From an uncultured Gammaproteobacteria bacterium (GTDB lineage: Bacteria; Pseudomonadota; Gammaproteobacteria; UBA4575), in NCBI GenBank assembly GCA_905479295.1, contig CAJQLY010000005.1, forward strand, positions 3,033 through 67,032: DNA of 64,000 nt. Direction: 5' to 3'. Below, in pieces: positions 10,864 through 21,802 of the stretch (position 1 is its first letter; each line of letters opens with the position of its first letter). A model generated the notes under the pieces. It was not told the DNA's origin. It made no database searches and saw only the letters and a program-made list of their open reading frames with translations. The position numbers and the translations under genes are program-made.

Positions 10864-11418
10864 TTAAGGTTCAACTCGCGGGTAAGAACTGACAAAAGCT
10901 GCTGTTAACTTAAACTTATCGACTAAGCGCAGTTGCATCTGCTCTGCTTTTTCACGTGAAATCATAGGGCCAACTTTGACCCGATAAACCCGCTTTTGGT
11001 TTTCACCAGCGACTTCAATAAAGAGATCTAATTTCTCATCTGCCAGCTGCTTTTTCAGGATCAGCGCTTTTTCACGTTGATTGAATGCACCCACCTGCAC
11101 TACCCAGCTAATAAGCTTATCTGAAGCACCTTTCGCTAAACTCACTTCAGGATGAATACCTTGAGCCAGATCAGCAGCATCTGCGGCCGCCTGCGTGGAA
11201 GACTCCATCTGTTGTTCCCAACCTGCTCGGACTGCTGGCTGTTCATCAATAAATTTAGGCTCAGGGGGGATATTCAGGTCGCTACGGATATTTTGTCGAT
11301 AACTAGAGCCGTTAGCTGACTCATGACCAGAGCCATCAAGCACGATCGGGACAAAAATCACGGCGAGACTGCCTAAGACGATGGCGCCAACAATTCTATA
11401 TTTGAGTGCTAGGTCCAT
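10864..11418 (-). CDS. dedD: SPOR-domain cell-division protein (DedD-like)
   Basis: N-terminal TM segment (KYRIVGAIVLGSLAVIFVPIVL) and C-terminal SPOR domain (WVVQVGAF...YRVKVGP). The start is set at the internal ATG 11418. The longer ORF start at 11448 is also possible. Confidence 0.75.
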   Translation of the reverse strand: MDLALKYRIVGAIVLGSLAVIFVPIVLDGSGHESANGSSYRQNIRSDLNIPPEPKFIDEQPAVRAGWEQQMESSTQAAADAADLAQGIHPEVSLAKGASDKLISWVVQVGAFNQREKALILKKQLADEKLDLFIEVAGENQKRVYRVKVGPMISREKAEQMQLRLVDKFKLTAAFVSSYPRVEP

Positions 11419-11491
11419 GTGATCCTGTGTCCGAGAATGGAAGACCACATTCTAACCAATACAACAGGCGGTTAACAGCGAATAAAAGGAC

Positions 11492-12787
11492 TTATTTGCC
11501 GCTAGCGATAACTTCTGAGACCGTAAAGATAGAACCAAAGACAAGGATACGGTCTCCTTTACTGGCATCCTGCTGCGCCTGCTCGTAGGCCTGCTCAACA
11601 GTATCGAATGAACGTACTATGGTATCCGCTGAAGCTTCAGACAAGGCAGCTGAAACGCGCTCTATCGGCATCGCTCGAGGTGAATCGACACTACTGACAT
11701 ACCATTCATCAACATGGCTATACAGTAATTGCACAATCCCATCTAAATCTTTATCACTCAGAATAGCGAATACCGCTATGGTTTTTTCTGGTTTAGGTAA
11801 CGCCACTAAATTAGTCGCTAAAACCTCAGCACTATCATAGTTATGCGCCACATCAAGGATCACTTCACAGCCTTTAACTATGCGTTGGAACCGTCCTTCT
11901 AAAGTAACTTCTCGCAAACCCGTCTTAATCGCCTCAAAGTTGACTGGCAATTTATCCGATATCAGATGCAGCCCCATCAAGGCACTAGAGGCGTTTTGCA
12001 TCTGCACTGCACCTGATAGATTAGGTAAAGGCAAACCTTGTAGCTCAAAGTGCTCACTTTTAACACTCCATGAACTTTTTTCTACGCTATATGAGTAATC
12101 TTGATTCAGACTCTTAAACTCAGCACCAACCTTTTTAGCAGTCGCTGCCACACTGGCTGGCGGCAGTGGGTCACCACAAATAGCTGGTGTGTTTTGACGG
12201 AAAATACCAGCCTTTTCAAAACCAATAGATTCACGATCAGGCCCCAGATACTCAGTATGATCAAGACCGATACTAGTAACGATACCCAAATCACTATCGA
12301 TCATATTAGTGGCATCTAAGCGTCCGCCTAGGCCAACCTCAAGGATCGCAACATCAACGTGCTCTCTATGAAAGATATCCAAGGCAGTAAGGGTCGCAAA
12401 CTCAAAAAATGATAGGCTAATCTCACCACGTGCAGCATCGATCTTGGCAAAAGAAGCACAAAGCTGTGCATCATTGACGCATCGCTGCCCCACTCGGATG
12501 CGCTCGTTGTAATGCACGATGTGAGGTGAGGTATAAGCACCTACACGATAACCGGCGTGATGCAGAATAGAGGTCAACATGGCAACCGTTGAGCCCTTAC
12601 CATTGGTACCTGCTACCGTAATGACTTTAAACGGGCAATCCAACACCCGCATACGTTTGGCTACTTCAGTAATGCGATCTAGGCCTAGCTCGATTTCACG
12701 CGCATGCAGTGTTGTCTGCCATGCGAGCCAATCGTCTAGAGACCTAAACTTAAGTTGCTGTGAATTATTTGCGCGTGAGTCCGACAT
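11492..12787 (-). CDS. folC: Bifunctional folylpolyglutamate synthase / dihydrofolate synthase
   Basis: 431-aa ORF with the Mur-ligase P-loop VAGTNGKGST. It lies in the accD-folC-dedD context. Confidence 0.93.
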   Translation of the reverse strand: MSDSRANNSQQLKFRSLDDWLAWQTTLHAREIELGLDRITEVAKRMRVLDCPFKVITVAGTNGKGSTVAMLTSILHHAGYRVGAYTSPHIVHYNERIRVGQRCVNDAQLCASFAKIDAARGEISLSFFEFATLTALDIFHREHVDVAILEVGLGGRLDATNMIDSDLGIVTSIGLDHTEYLGPDRESIGFEKAGIFRQNTPAICGDPLPPASVAATAKKVGAEFKSLNQDYSYSVEKSSWSVKSEHFELQGLPLPNLSGAVQMQNASSALMGLHLISDKLPVNFEAIKTGLREVTLEGRFQRIVKGCEVILDVAHNYDSAEVLATNLVALPKPEKTIAVFAILSDKDLDGIVQLLYSHVDEWYVSSVDSPRAMPIERVSAALSEASADTIVRSFDTVEQAYEQAQQDASKGDRILVFGSIFTVSEVIASGK

Positions 12788-12811
12788 AACGTTTAGATAG
12801 AAGGCTAAAAG

Positions 12812-13669
12812 TTACTGATTACGCTCAGTCAGCAATTGCAGCAGATTATGAATCCGCGGTGCGAGATCCTTACGATCTATGATCAGATCAATCGCTCCAT
12901 GCTCCTGCAAAAACTCACTGCGCTGAAATCCTTCCGGCAGTGTCTCACGTACTGTTTGCTCGATCACACGCGGACCAGCAAAACCAATCAACGCATTTGG
13001 CTCAGCAATATGCACATCACCAAGCATGGCAAAACTTGCCGATACACCACCCATGGTGGGATCAGTCAATACCGAGATAAAGGGTAAACGCTCTTCAGAC
13101 AAACGCGTTAATGCAGCACTGGTTTTTGCCATCTGCATTAATGACATCAGAGCTTCTTGCATACGCGCACCACCACTAGTGGAGAAGCAAACAAACGGCA
13201 TACGTTCTGCAATGCAGCGATTGACTGCAGCCAAAAACCGCTCGCCGACTACTGAGCCCATAGACCCAGCCATAAAATTAAATTCAAAGGCAGCCACGAC
13301 TACCGGTAGAGAGCGCAAAGTCCCCTGCATCACGACTAGGGCATCAGTTTCACCGGTAGCCTTATTCGCTGCGATGAGGCGATCTTTATATTTCTTAGAA
13401 TCTTTAAATTTAAGAAAATCACGCGGCTCAAATTCAGCACCAATTTCGCTGCGCCCTTCTTTGTCTAAAAAAGAGTCCAAGCGACTACGTGCGCTGATAC
13501 GCATGTGGTGGTTACATTTAGGACAAACCTGGAGATTGCGCTCCAACTCTTGACCATACAATACGGCACTACATCGAGCACATTTCGCCCACAAACCTTC
13601 CGGTACTTTGCGACTACTCGTGCTATCAGTGCGGATGCGCGAAGGCATCAATTTTCCAAGCCAGCTCAT
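12812..13669 (-). CDS. accD: Acetyl-CoA carboxylase carboxyltransferase subunit beta
   Basis: 285-aa ORF with an N-terminal CxxC...CxxC zinc ribbon (CARCSAV...CPKCNHH) and a carboxyltransferase core. Confidence 0.96.
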   Translation of the reverse strand: MSWLGKLMPSRIRTDSTSSRKVPEGLWAKCARCSAVLYGQELERNLQVCPKCNHHMRISARSRLDSFLDKEGRSEIGAEFEPRDFLKFKDSKKYKDRLIAANKATGETDALVVMQGTLRSLPVVVAAFEFNFMAGSMGSVVGERFLAAVNRCIAERMPFVCFSTSGGARMQEALMSLMQMAKTSAALTRLSEERLPFISVLTDPTMGGVSASFAMLGDVHIAEPNALIGFAGPRVIEQTVRETLPEGFQRSEFLQEHGAIDLIIDRKDLAPRIHNLLQLLTERNQ

Positions 13670-13692
13670 GGCAATATTTTATCTACTTAATG

Positions 13693-14505
13693 TCAAATCG
13701 AACCAGCATTATCCAACGCGGACTTGATGCCTTGCAATAGGGATTTCACTTCTTTCAGCGCAGTTGGCATATCTTCTTGATTTGTGGCTATCAGAGAAAC
13801 GATGGCACTACCAACAACAACAGCGTCAGCAACGGCTGCTACAGCCGCTGCGGTCTCTGCATCTTTGATACCAAAACCAACTGCTAACGGTAGTCCTGTG
13901 ACGGCACGGATCTCACTTAATTTACTAGAAACACTGTCAATATCGAGGCTATTAGCACCTGTAATACCCTTAAATGAGACGTAATAGAGAAAACCAGAGG
14001 CCATCTCAGAAATGCGACGAATACGCGAAATATCGGTGGTTGGAGCCATTAAAAAGATTGAATCGATATCAACTTCACGATAAAGCTGATTAATTTCAGT
14101 GCATTCTTCTGGTGGCAAATCGACAGTAATCACACCATCGACCAAACCTTTGGCATCTTGAGCAAACCGCTCAACACCATAAATTTCGATCGGATTTTGA
14201 TAACCCATCAAAATAATCGGCGTATTTGGATCATTTTTACGGAAATCCTTCACCATCTGAAGAATATCAGCCAGCGAGGTGTCATATTTTAATGCACGCT
14301 CACAGGCCTGTTGGATTACCGGACCGTCAGCCATCGGATCAGAAAAAGGCACCCCAACTTCAATCAAGTCAGTACCGGCCTCCACCAACGCATGCATAAT
14401 AGAAACCGTATGTTGCGGATGCGGATCACCGGCAGTGACATAGCTGATTAAGGCCTTTTCATTCTTTGCTTTTAACGCATCAAAGCGCGTCTTGATTCGA
14501 CTCAC
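13693..14505 (-). CDS. trpA: Tryptophan synthase alpha chain
   Basis: 270-aa ORF with a 4-nt overlap with trpB. TrpA-like motifs include [15 protein letters not shown]. Confidence 0.95.
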   Translation of the reverse strand: MSRIKTRFDALKAKNEKALISYVTAGDPHPQHTVSIMHALVEAGTDLIEVGVPFSDPMADGPVIQQACERALKYDTSLADILQMVKDFRKNDPNTPIILMGYQNPIEIYGVERFAQDAKGLVDGVITVDLPPEECTEINQLYREVDIDSIFLMAPTTDISRIRRISEMASGFLYYVSFKGITGANSLDIDSVSSKLSEIRAVTGLPLAVGFGIKDAETAAAVAAVADAVVVGSAIVSLIATNQEDMPTALKEVKSLLQGIKSALDNAGSI

Positions 14506-15731
14506 AACTCAATTCCTTCTATACGCGCAATGGTATTAATATCTTTGTCACCGCGACCAGATAAATTAATTATGATTGACTGTTCCTTTGCCATAGTCGG
14601 TGCTAATTTCTCAGCAAAGGCCATCGCATGACTAGTTTCTAGCGCAGGAATAATCCCTTCCTTACGCGTTGTCAGATGGAAAGCAGCCAAGGCTTCATCA
14701 TCGGTCACTGAGACATATTGCACTCGGCCTTCATCTTTCAACCAGGCATGTTCTGGGCCTACACCAGGATAGTCCAAACCAGCAGAAATCGAATGTGTTT
14801 CGATAATCTGACCAGCCTCACTTTCCATCAGGTAAGTACGGTTACCGTGTAACACACCAGGCTTACCAGCACTTAGTGGCGCTGAGTGCATACCGGTATC
14901 AACACCATGTCCACCGGCTTCAACACCATAGATCGCGACACTTTCATCACCTAAGAAGGGATGAAACAAACCTATCGCATTAGAGCCACCACCAACACAG
15001 GCGACTAAGGCATCAGGCAAAGTATTGTATTGCTCTAACATTTGTTCACGTGCTTCTTTACCGATCACAGTTTGGAAATCACGCACTATTTGCGGATATG
15101 GATGAGGCCCTGCAACGGTGCCAATAATGTAGAAAGTATCATCAACATTCGTTACCCAATCACGCAGTGCTTCATTCAAGGCATCTTTCAGTGTGCGCGA
15201 GCCTGAAGTAACCGGCACCACCGTGGCACCCAATAGACGCATACGATAGACATTAGGTGATTGCCGTTGAATATCTTCGGCCCCCATATAGACCACACAT
15301 TCCAGACCCAGCCGCGCTGCAATCGTGGCACTGGCAACACCATGCTGACCAGCGCCAGTTTCGGCAATAATACGTGTCTTACCCATCCGTTTAGCCAATA
15401 AGGCCTGACCGATGGTGTTATTAATTTTATGTGCACCGGTATGGTTTAAATCTTCACGCTTTAGGAAGACACGTGCACCACCCCAAAGCTCGGTTAAACG
15501 CTCGGCGAAATAAAGTGGGCTGGGACGACCAACATAGTGTGCTAGATCATTATAAAACTCTGCTTGGAAGGCAGGGTCGACCTTACATTCTTCATAGGCT
15601 GCTTCTAACTCAGCCAAAGGCGTCATCAGTGTTTCAGCTACAAAGCGTCCACCATATGGCCCAAAGTGTCCTCTATTATCTGGTAGAGCATTAAAATGCC
15701 CTTGCTCTTTATCTGTCACATCAACACCCAT
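14502..15731 (-). CDS. trpB: Tryptophan synthase beta chain
   Basis: 409-aa ORF with the PLP-lysine context [11 protein letters not shown] and the motif GGGSNAIG. Confidence 0.97.
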   Translation of the reverse strand: MGVDVTDKEQGHFNALPDNRGHFGPYGGRFVAETLMTPLAELEAAYEECKVDPAFQAEFYNDLAHYVGRPSPLYFAERLTELWGGARVFLKREDLNHTGAHKINNTIGQALLAKRMGKTRIIAETGAGQHGVASATIAARLGLECVVYMGAEDIQRQSPNVYRMRLLGATVVPVTSGSRTLKDALNEALRDWVTNVDDTFYIIGTVAGPHPYPQIVRDFQTVIGKEAREQMLEQYNTLPDALVACVGGGSNAIGLFHPFLGDESVAIYGVEAGGHGVDTGMHSAPLSAGKPGVLHGNRTYLMESEAGQIIETHSISAGLDYPGVGPEHAWLKDEGRVQYVSVTDDEALAAFHLTTRKEGIIPALETSHAMAFAEKLAPTMAKEQSIIINLSGRGDKDINTIARIEGIEL

Positions 15732-16347
15732 CGGCTAATCGCACTGCGTTTACAAAATTTATCATCTTGGTTTTATCTTTAATCCCTTTCGCGGACTCTA
15801 TACCGCTACTTACATCGACCCCATAGGGTCTCGCTTGTTTAATTGCATCAGCAACGCTATGACTATCTAAGCCACCAGCTAAGATAATCGCTTGCTCCAA
15901 CACCTGCGGAGTCGAATGCCAATCAAAGGCATCACCACTACCACCCGGCTGACCTGGCTCATTACCATCTAGCAATAAAGCCGATGCCTGTGTGTATTCA
16001 TCTAGTCTAGCGAGATCAGTAGCACCACCCATGGCAATACTTTTCATATATCTATAGCCAAAGGAGGCACAAAATTCTGCTGACTCATCCCCATGGAATT
16101 GCAGCACATCTAAATCTAACGCCTTGATTATCTGTTTGATTGTACTCGCTTGGTCATTCATGAATAACCCCACACGAGTAATAAATGGTGGGCAAACCGC
16201 GAGTAACTTCTCGGCCTGTTCAATATCGATACAACGCGGACTCTGCTGACAAAAAACGAAGCCTAGAGCATCAACACCTAAAGCAGCCGCGTGTTGTACA
16301 TCTTCAACCCGTGTTAAGCCACAAAATTTTATCTTAGTCCTAGACAT
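15721..16347 (-). CDS. trpF: Phosphoribosylanthranilate isomerase
   Basis: 208-aa ORF starting KIKFCGLTR, upstream of and overlapping trpB. Confidence 0.9.
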   Translation of the reverse strand: MSRTKIKFCGLTRVEDVQHAAALGVDALGFVFCQQSPRCIDIEQAEKLLAVCPPFITRVGLFMNDQASTIKQIIKALDLDVLQFHGDESAEFCASFGYRYMKSIAMGGATDLARLDEYTQASALLLDGNEPGQPGGSGDAFDWHSTPQVLEQAIILAGGLDSHSVADAIKQARPYGVDVSSGIESAKGIKDKTKMINFVNAVRLADGC

Positions 16348-16395
16348 AGATCGATCTCAATAATCCTTCATTAAACACAATAGTGCCTACAAACA

Positions 16396-17145
16396 TCAAA
16401 TCTCAAACTGCGAATCGTATTGTACAGCTAAAAAGTACAAACCATCTGGCTTTGCCGTTACGCCAGCCTGCGAGCGATCTCGTTGCTGCAATAATTCAGC
16501 AGCCCATGACACCTCACGTTCGCCACTACCGATGGCCATTAAAACACCGGCAAGATTTCGCACCATATGATGCAAAAAGGCATTCGCAGTGACATCTAGT
16601 ATGACTAATGACCCTTCCCGTCGCAGGCGCAATTCATGCAGTGTTCGTATTGGTGTATTCGCCTGACAGGCCAACGCCCTGAAACTCGTAAAGTCATGTT
16701 TGCCTAACAGGCTATTAGCTGCCTGCTGCATACGTTCAACATCTAACGGTTTAACACACCAGGTCGCTTTGCCAACGAGTAACGCTGAACGGGAAACTTG
16801 ATTTGAGATCACATAGCGATAGGACCGTGCACGCGCTGAGAAACGGGCATGGAAATCTTCACTCATCGGCTGTACGCGTTGTATCGCAATACTCTCTGGT
16901 AGATTTGAATTCGCCCCTAACAGCCAAGATCGTAGACTACGTTCAACCTGTGTATCAAAGTGAATCACCTGGCCCAAGGCATGCACACCAGTATCTGTAC
17001 GTCCTGCACACTGTACATTAATTGGCTCAGCTGCCACGTGGCTTAGTGCTTGCTCCACACAGGCCTGAACCGAAGGTGCATGTGGCTGACGCTGCCAACC
17101 ACAGAATGGCCTACCATCATATTCAACTACAGCAGCGTATCTCAC
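16396..17145 (-). CDS. truA: tRNA pseudouridine(38-40) synthase
   Basis: 249-aa ORF with the catalytic Asp context GRTDTGVHA. It lies between fimV and trpF as in many gammaproteobacteria. Confidence 0.93.
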   Translation of the reverse strand: MRYAAVVEYDGRPFCGWQRQPHAPSVQACVEQALSHVAAEPINVQCAGRTDTGVHALGQVIHFDTQVERSLRSWLLGANSNLPESIAIQRVQPMSEDFHARFSARARSYRYVISNQVSRSALLVGKATWCVKPLDVERMQQAANSLLGKHDFTSFRALACQANTPIRTLHELRLRREGSLVILDVTANAFLHHMVRNLAGVLMAIGSGEREVSWAAELLQQRDRSQAGVTAKPDGLYFLAVQYDSQFEI

Positions 17146-17176
17146 CTACGACCTATCATCCCAATATCAATCTAAA

Positions 17177-18958
17177 TTAATCAATGGTCGCTAATATCTG
17201 CTGTGCGCGCTTAACCTGCTCCACATCACCTTCAGCAATCACTTCACGTAAACTTTCTCTAGCCGAATCAACATCACCCATTTCTAATAAAACAGCGACT
17301 AGATCAAGTTTAGTTGCAGCATTTTCTAGTAGTTCTTCATAATCATCGTCAGGCTCAAGTTCAGCAACATCATCAGCCAAGTCTTTTAAGGCTTGGTCAT
17401 CTAAGCCCACGATCTGTGGCTCCTGCATAGTAGGAAAAACAGCTTTTACCGCTACCTCTTCAGTCTTCTCATCCATCATCACTATCGCTTGTGGGTCAAG
17501 ATGCGGCTCCTCAGGAGAGGAGACAGGCTCTGAAGCTAACTTACGCCGACGTAAAAGGAGCAATATAAACATCACCAGCAACCATAAAAATAAGCTCGAA
17601 ATACCTAACAAGAAGGCTACGCTCTGTTGCTGAAACCATGCCTTAAGTTCCAACCAAACCTGTTGACTAGCATATATGGCCTTATCAAGAGTCTCTTTAA
17701 GGTCTACGTTTAACTCTGATTCAGCAATTGCTGCACTAGCTTGTGGGCTAGATTTCGGGCTAGTTAGTGGACTAGGTTGCTGAGACCAAGCCTTAAGTGC
17801 TAGCCAGGCTTCGTCAAAAATCATCTTAAGGTCTGCGTTTAACTCTGACTCAGTAATTGCTGCACTAGCTTGCGGGCTAGATTTTGGGCCAGCTAATGGA
17901 CCGGGTTGTGAATTCATTGGTGGCAAATCTTCAAAGCGCTCTAAGATTTCTTGCAGGCGTGCCAGCTGCTGATTTTGCACCTCGATAATCGCCTCTTGCT
18001 TCTTCAGCATCAGCTCTAAATCACCGATACGACTACGTAATTCTAGATTCTCTTGTACCTTGGAGCCTATCTGCTCTTTCAACAACTGATTCTGTTGTTG
18101 CATATCAGCCAGCTCTACTGACTGTGGATTAGAATCATCATCCAAATTAGGTGTTTTTGTGAGAATAGATAACTTCTGTTTATTATCGCTCACCACTGTT
18201 GGCAAGCGTGTGCTCCGCACTATGGGTTGTTCGGCACGGTGTTGTTTCCATTCCTGGGCCTGTTGCCTGACCTGATTAAGCGCCTGCCCTGGTTTGATTG
18301 AGCGCGCTTGCGCCAATGCTGGGATAACCAATACAACGCCTTTTTTTAACTCATTGATATTACCCACATTAAAGGCATCTGGATTCATTAGCTGAATCGC
18401 CAACATCATCTGACTACCACTAATATTAGTGCCAGCAGTATAGCGACTTGCGATACTCCATAATGTCTCACCGTCTGCAACAGCAACACGAGGTAATTGA
18501 TCCTTCTGTGCTTGCTCTGGCTTCTTCTCAGCAATAGTAGTGGAAGACTTGGTAGCGGCCGCTAGTGCTATTTTATATTTACGCACCAACACACCACTAC
18601 TAGATTCCAGTTTTATAAAGAAGGCTGTACTGGCTTGTTTAAATGGCTGAGATGAGTTGATACGAATATAGCTATTGCTACTCGTACGTATCGCTTGAAA
18701 CTGCAATGACTTCAGTTCGTCTGTTACTGGAAGGCGATTGGTTTGAAATAAGATATTCTCTGCCAAACCAACCTTGAGTGTTTCAAACTCTTCACCAGTG
18801 ATTGTGACAAGCTCAATCTCAGCGCGCAAAGGCTCATTCAAAGCCGATTGCACGACTAATTGACCCAAGCCCAAAGCACTCACTAAACCAGGCCAAAACA
18901 TGGCTAACAAACTATAGATCAGAATCAGTTTTGATTTGCGCTGCATAGCTCTCCCCAC
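17177..18958 (-). CDS. fimV: FimV-like peptidoglycan-binding (LysM) motility/polar-organiser protein
   Basis: 593-aa ORF. It has a signal peptide, a LysM segment (DGETLWSIASRY...), a coiled-coil, a TM segment (FLLGISSLFLWLLVMFILLLL) and an acidic C-terminal TPR-like end. It sits in the asd-fimV-truA position. Confidence 0.8.
   Translation of the reverse strand: MGRAMQRKSKLILIYSLLAMFWPGLVSALGLGQLVVQSALNEPLRAEIELVTITGEEFETLKVGLAENILFQTNRLPVTDELKSLQFQAIRTSSNSYIRINSSQPFKQASTAFFIKLESSSGVLVRKYKIALAAATKSSTTIAEKKPEQAQKDQLPRVAVADGETLWSIASRYTAGTNISGSQMMLAIQLMNPDAFNVGNINELKKGVVLVIPALAQARSIKPGQALNQVRQQAQEWKQHRAEQPIVRSTRLPTVVSDNKQKLSILTKTPNLDDDSNPQSVELADMQQQNQLLKEQIGSKVQENLELRSRIGDLELMLKKQEAIIEVQNQQLARLQEILERFEDLPPMNSQPGPLAGPKSSPQASAAITESELNADLKMIFDEAWLALKAWSQQPSPLTSPKSSPQASAAIAESELNVDLKETLDKAIYASQQVWLELKAWFQQQSVAFLLGISSLFLWLLVMFILLLLRRRKLASEPVSSPEEPHLDPQAIVMMDEKTEEVAVKAVFPTMQEPQIVGLDDQALKDLADDVAELEPDDDYEELLENAATKLDLVAVLLEMGDVDSARESLREVIAEGDVEQVKRAQQILATID
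17641..17908. repeat. Tandem duplication inside fimV (core units 17697-17779 and 17826-17908, offset 129 bp)
   Basis: Two near-identical 83-bp stretches are visible by eye. They encode ...SPKSSPQASAAI(A/T)ESELN(V/A)DLK... followed by L(E/A)LKAW(F/S)QQ. Confidence 0.85.
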
Positions 18959-18981
18959 TGTGAGAGTTAATAATTAAGGCG

Positions 18982-20007
18982 TTAAGCCAAATAATCTTGG
19001 ATCAAACACTCCGCAATCTGCACACTATTCAAGGCAGCACCTTTACGTAAATTATCGCTCACAACCCAAAGATTTAAGCCACGAGGATGTGAGATATCCT
19101 GACGAATACGTCCGATATACACCGGATCTGTGCCATCTGAGTCAGTCGCTGCGGTTGGATAACCACCATCGCACCGATCGTCCATTATGCTAACGCCTGG
19201 CGCCGCAGCCAGTAGCGTGCGTGCTGCTTGTGCATCTAGGGGTGCTTTCAGCTCCAGATGCAACGCTTCAGAATGTCCATATTTTACTGGGATACGTACT
19301 GCAGTAGGATTCACCAAGATAGTCTCATCACCCATGATCTTTTGTGTTTCCCAGACCATTTTCATTTCTTCTTTGGTGTAACCATTATCTAAAAAAACAT
19401 CAATATGCGGCAAAGCATTAAACGCAATCTGTTTTGGGTAGACCTCAGACACTACTGGTTTGCCATCAAACAAAGCCTGCGTCTGCATATCCAGCTCATC
19501 GATTGCCTCTTTACCAGTACCAGATACGGCTTGGTAGGTCGCCACATTAATCCGTTCGATACCAACTGCATCATGGATAGGCTTTAGCGCAACCAACATT
19601 TGAATGGTCGAGCAGTTTGGATTGGCAATAATGCCGCGGTTTTTATACTCAGCAATGGCCGCTGGATTGACCTCCGGCACGACTAATGGAATATCATCTT
19701 CATAGCGATAGCGAGAGGTATTATCAATCACCACACAACCCTTCTCAGCGGCCTTTGGGGCAAACTTCTCAGAGATTGATGCACCAGCCGAAAACAACCC
19801 AATCTGTGCTTTAGAAAAATCAAAGTCAGCAAGATCTTCTACTATTAGTTCCTGCTCACCAAAGCGTACTTTTTTACCAACAGAGCGGGCACTCGCTAGT
19901 GCATACACCTTGCCAACTGGAAACTGTCGTTCTGCCAAAATGGAGAGCATAACCTCGCCCACTGCGCCTGTGGCGCCAACTACTGCTACATCATATGTTT
20001 TTGTCAT
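18982..20007 (-). CDS. asd: Aspartate-semialdehyde dehydrogenase
   Basis: 341-aa ORF with an NAD-binding N-terminus (VAVVGATGAVG) and the active-site Cys context IANPNCST. Confidence 0.96.
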   Translation of the reverse strand: MTKTYDVAVVGATGAVGEVMLSILAERQFPVGKVYALASARSVGKKVRFGEQELIVEDLADFDFSKAQIGLFSAGASISEKFAPKAAEKGCVVIDNTSRYRYEDDIPLVVPEVNPAAIAEYKNRGIIANPNCSTIQMLVALKPIHDAVGIERINVATYQAVSGTGKEAIDELDMQTQALFDGKPVVSEVYPKQIAFNALPHIDVFLDNGYTKEEMKMVWETQKIMGDETILVNPTAVRIPVKYGHSEALHLELKAPLDAQAARTLLAAAPGVSIMDDRCDGGYPTAATDSDGTDPVYIGRIRQDISHPRGLNLWVVSDNLRKGAALNSVQIAECLIQDYLA

Positions 20008-20056
20008 TGCAAGTCACTCACACGTCATCTCTATCATTCTTAGTCTATGCAGCACA

Positions 20057-21133
20057 CTAACTTGCTGCTTGCATCGCTTGCACTACCGCGTCACCCATCT
20101 CACTTGTAGACATTACCGTCTCACCTGTCTTGGCAATATCTGCTGTCCGTGCACCAGTCGTTAAGGCCTGCATCACTGCATCTTCAACCTGCTTTGCTTC
20201 TGCCTCTAAACTCAAGCTATAACGCAACATCATCGCTACTGATAGGATGGTCGCCAGTGGGTTAGCGATACCTTTGCCAGCAATATCAGGTGCCGAGCCA
20301 TGAATAGGTTCATACATACCTAGGTTGTCTTGATTTAACGATGCCGATGGCAACATGCCAATCGAACCCGTTAGCATGGCCGCCGCATCAGATAAAATAT
20401 CGCCGAATAGATTTGAGGTCACCATGACATCAAACTGTTTAGGCGCACGAATCAATTGCATAGCAGCATTATCGACATACATATGGCTCAGCTCTACACT
20501 GGGATAATCGGCCTTAACCTCTTCCATTACTTCGCGCCAAAGCAAAGAGACTTCTAATACATTCGCCTTATCCACTGAGCATAAACGACCATCTCGTTTG
20601 GCTGCGGCAGCGAAGGCTACATGAGCAATGCGTCTGATCTCATCTTCGTTATACACCATGGTGTTATAACCCCAACGACGACCATCTTTAATTTCTTTTG
20701 CGCGTGGCTGACCGAAATAAATACCACCGACTAACTCACGCACAATCAGCAGATCCAAACCTGCAACCAATTCTGGTTTTAAGGATGAGGCTTCAGCCAA
20801 GTCTTTATATAGCAGCGCCGGACGTAGGTTAGCGAATAGATTTAGGTGCCCACGAATATCTAACAAGCCTTGTTCAGGACGCAGATGCCGTTCAACATCG
20901 TCATACTGAGGACCACCCACTGCGCCGAGTAAAATCGCATCGGCCTGTTCTGCTAGTTTGCGTGTACTCTCAGGGAAAGGAGATCCTTCTTGATCATAAG
21001 CAACCCCGCCTAAATTGGCTGGCTCTAACTCAAGCCGGCAACCCTGTGTCTTAAGTTGATCCAGTACCTTAACGGCCTGTTCTATGATCTCTGGGCCAAT
21101 ACCGTCACCCGCCAATACTAAAATTTTAGACAT
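20057..21133 (-). CDS. leuB: 3-isopropylmalate dehydrogenase
   Basis: 358-aa ORF with the isocitrate/isopropylmalate dehydrogenase signature NLFGDILSD. It is downstream of leuCD. Confidence 0.97.
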   Translation of the reverse strand: MSKILVLAGDGIGPEIIEQAVKVLDQLKTQGCRLELEPANLGGVAYDQEGSPFPESTRKLAEQADAILLGAVGGPQYDDVERHLRPEQGLLDIRGHLNLFANLRPALLYKDLAEASSLKPELVAGLDLLIVRELVGGIYFGQPRAKEIKDGRRWGYNTMVYNEDEIRRIAHVAFAAAAKRDGRLCSVDKANVLEVSLLWREVMEEVKADYPSVELSHMYVDNAAMQLIRAPKQFDVMVTSNLFGDILSDAAAMLTGSIGMLPSASLNQDNLGMYEPIHGSAPDIAGKGIANPLATILSVAMMLRYSLSLEAEAKQVEDAVMQALTTGARTADIAKTGETVMSTSEMGDAVVQAMQAAS

Positions 21134-21148
21134 GTTACTTCTGTACCT

Positions 21149-21799
21149 TTAATCGTTACTGTATAGCCAGGGCGCACTACTCTTTTGTGCTGCCTCAAAG
21201 GCCTTAATTTTGTCTGCGTACTTCAACGTAATACCAATCTCATCCAAGCCATTTAGTAAGCAATGTTTTTTAAACTCATCCACTTCAAAGTGGGCTATCT
21301 GCTTGCCATCACGTAAAATAATCTGATTATCCAAGTCGATACTGACTGAAGTCTCTGCATCGGCCAAGCTTGCTGCAAACAACTCATCAATCAACGCTTG
21401 ATCTAGAACAATTGGCAATAGGCCATTCTTAAAACAGTTACTAAAAAATATGTCGGCAAAGCTCGGGGCTAATAAAGCCTTGATACCATAATCCTGAAAG
21501 GCCCAGACCGCATGCTCACGAGAAGAACCACAACCAAAGTTTTCGCGACCTAAAACAATTTCTGCCTTATGGTAACGCTCATCATTCAGAATAAATTCTG
21601 GATTCAAACGCCGACCTTCACAGGACTGATCTGGCTCACCAGGATCTAAGTAACGCCAATCATCAAATAGATTAGGACCAAAGCCAGAACGACGAATCGA
21701 CTTTAAATATTGCTTTGGAATAATCGCATCAGTATCCACATTTGGACGATCAATCGGTAACAAGCTAGAGCTTAGTGTAGTAAATGCTTGCATCATCAT
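21149..21799 (-). CDS. leuD: 3-isopropylmalate dehydratase small subunit
   Basis: 216-aa ORF with the aconitase swivel-domain motif GCGSSREHA. Confidence 0.95.
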   Translation of the reverse strand: MMMQAFTTLSSSLLPIDRPNVDTDAIIPKQYLKSIRRSGFGPNLFDDWRYLDPGEPDQSCEGRRLNPEFILNDERYHKAEIVLGRENFGCGSSREHAVWAFQDYGIKALLAPSFADIFFSNCFKNGLLPIVLDQALIDELFAASLADAETSVSIDLDNQIILRDGKQIAHFEVDEFKKHCLLNGLDEIGITLKYADKIKAFEAAQKSSAPWLYSND

Positions 21800-21802
21800 C
21801 CC

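Noticed and set aside
13026-13553. A 175-aa ORF runs antisense to accD.
   Set aside because: This is a shadow ORF inside a well-supported accD gene, with no recognisable domain or ribosome-binding site.
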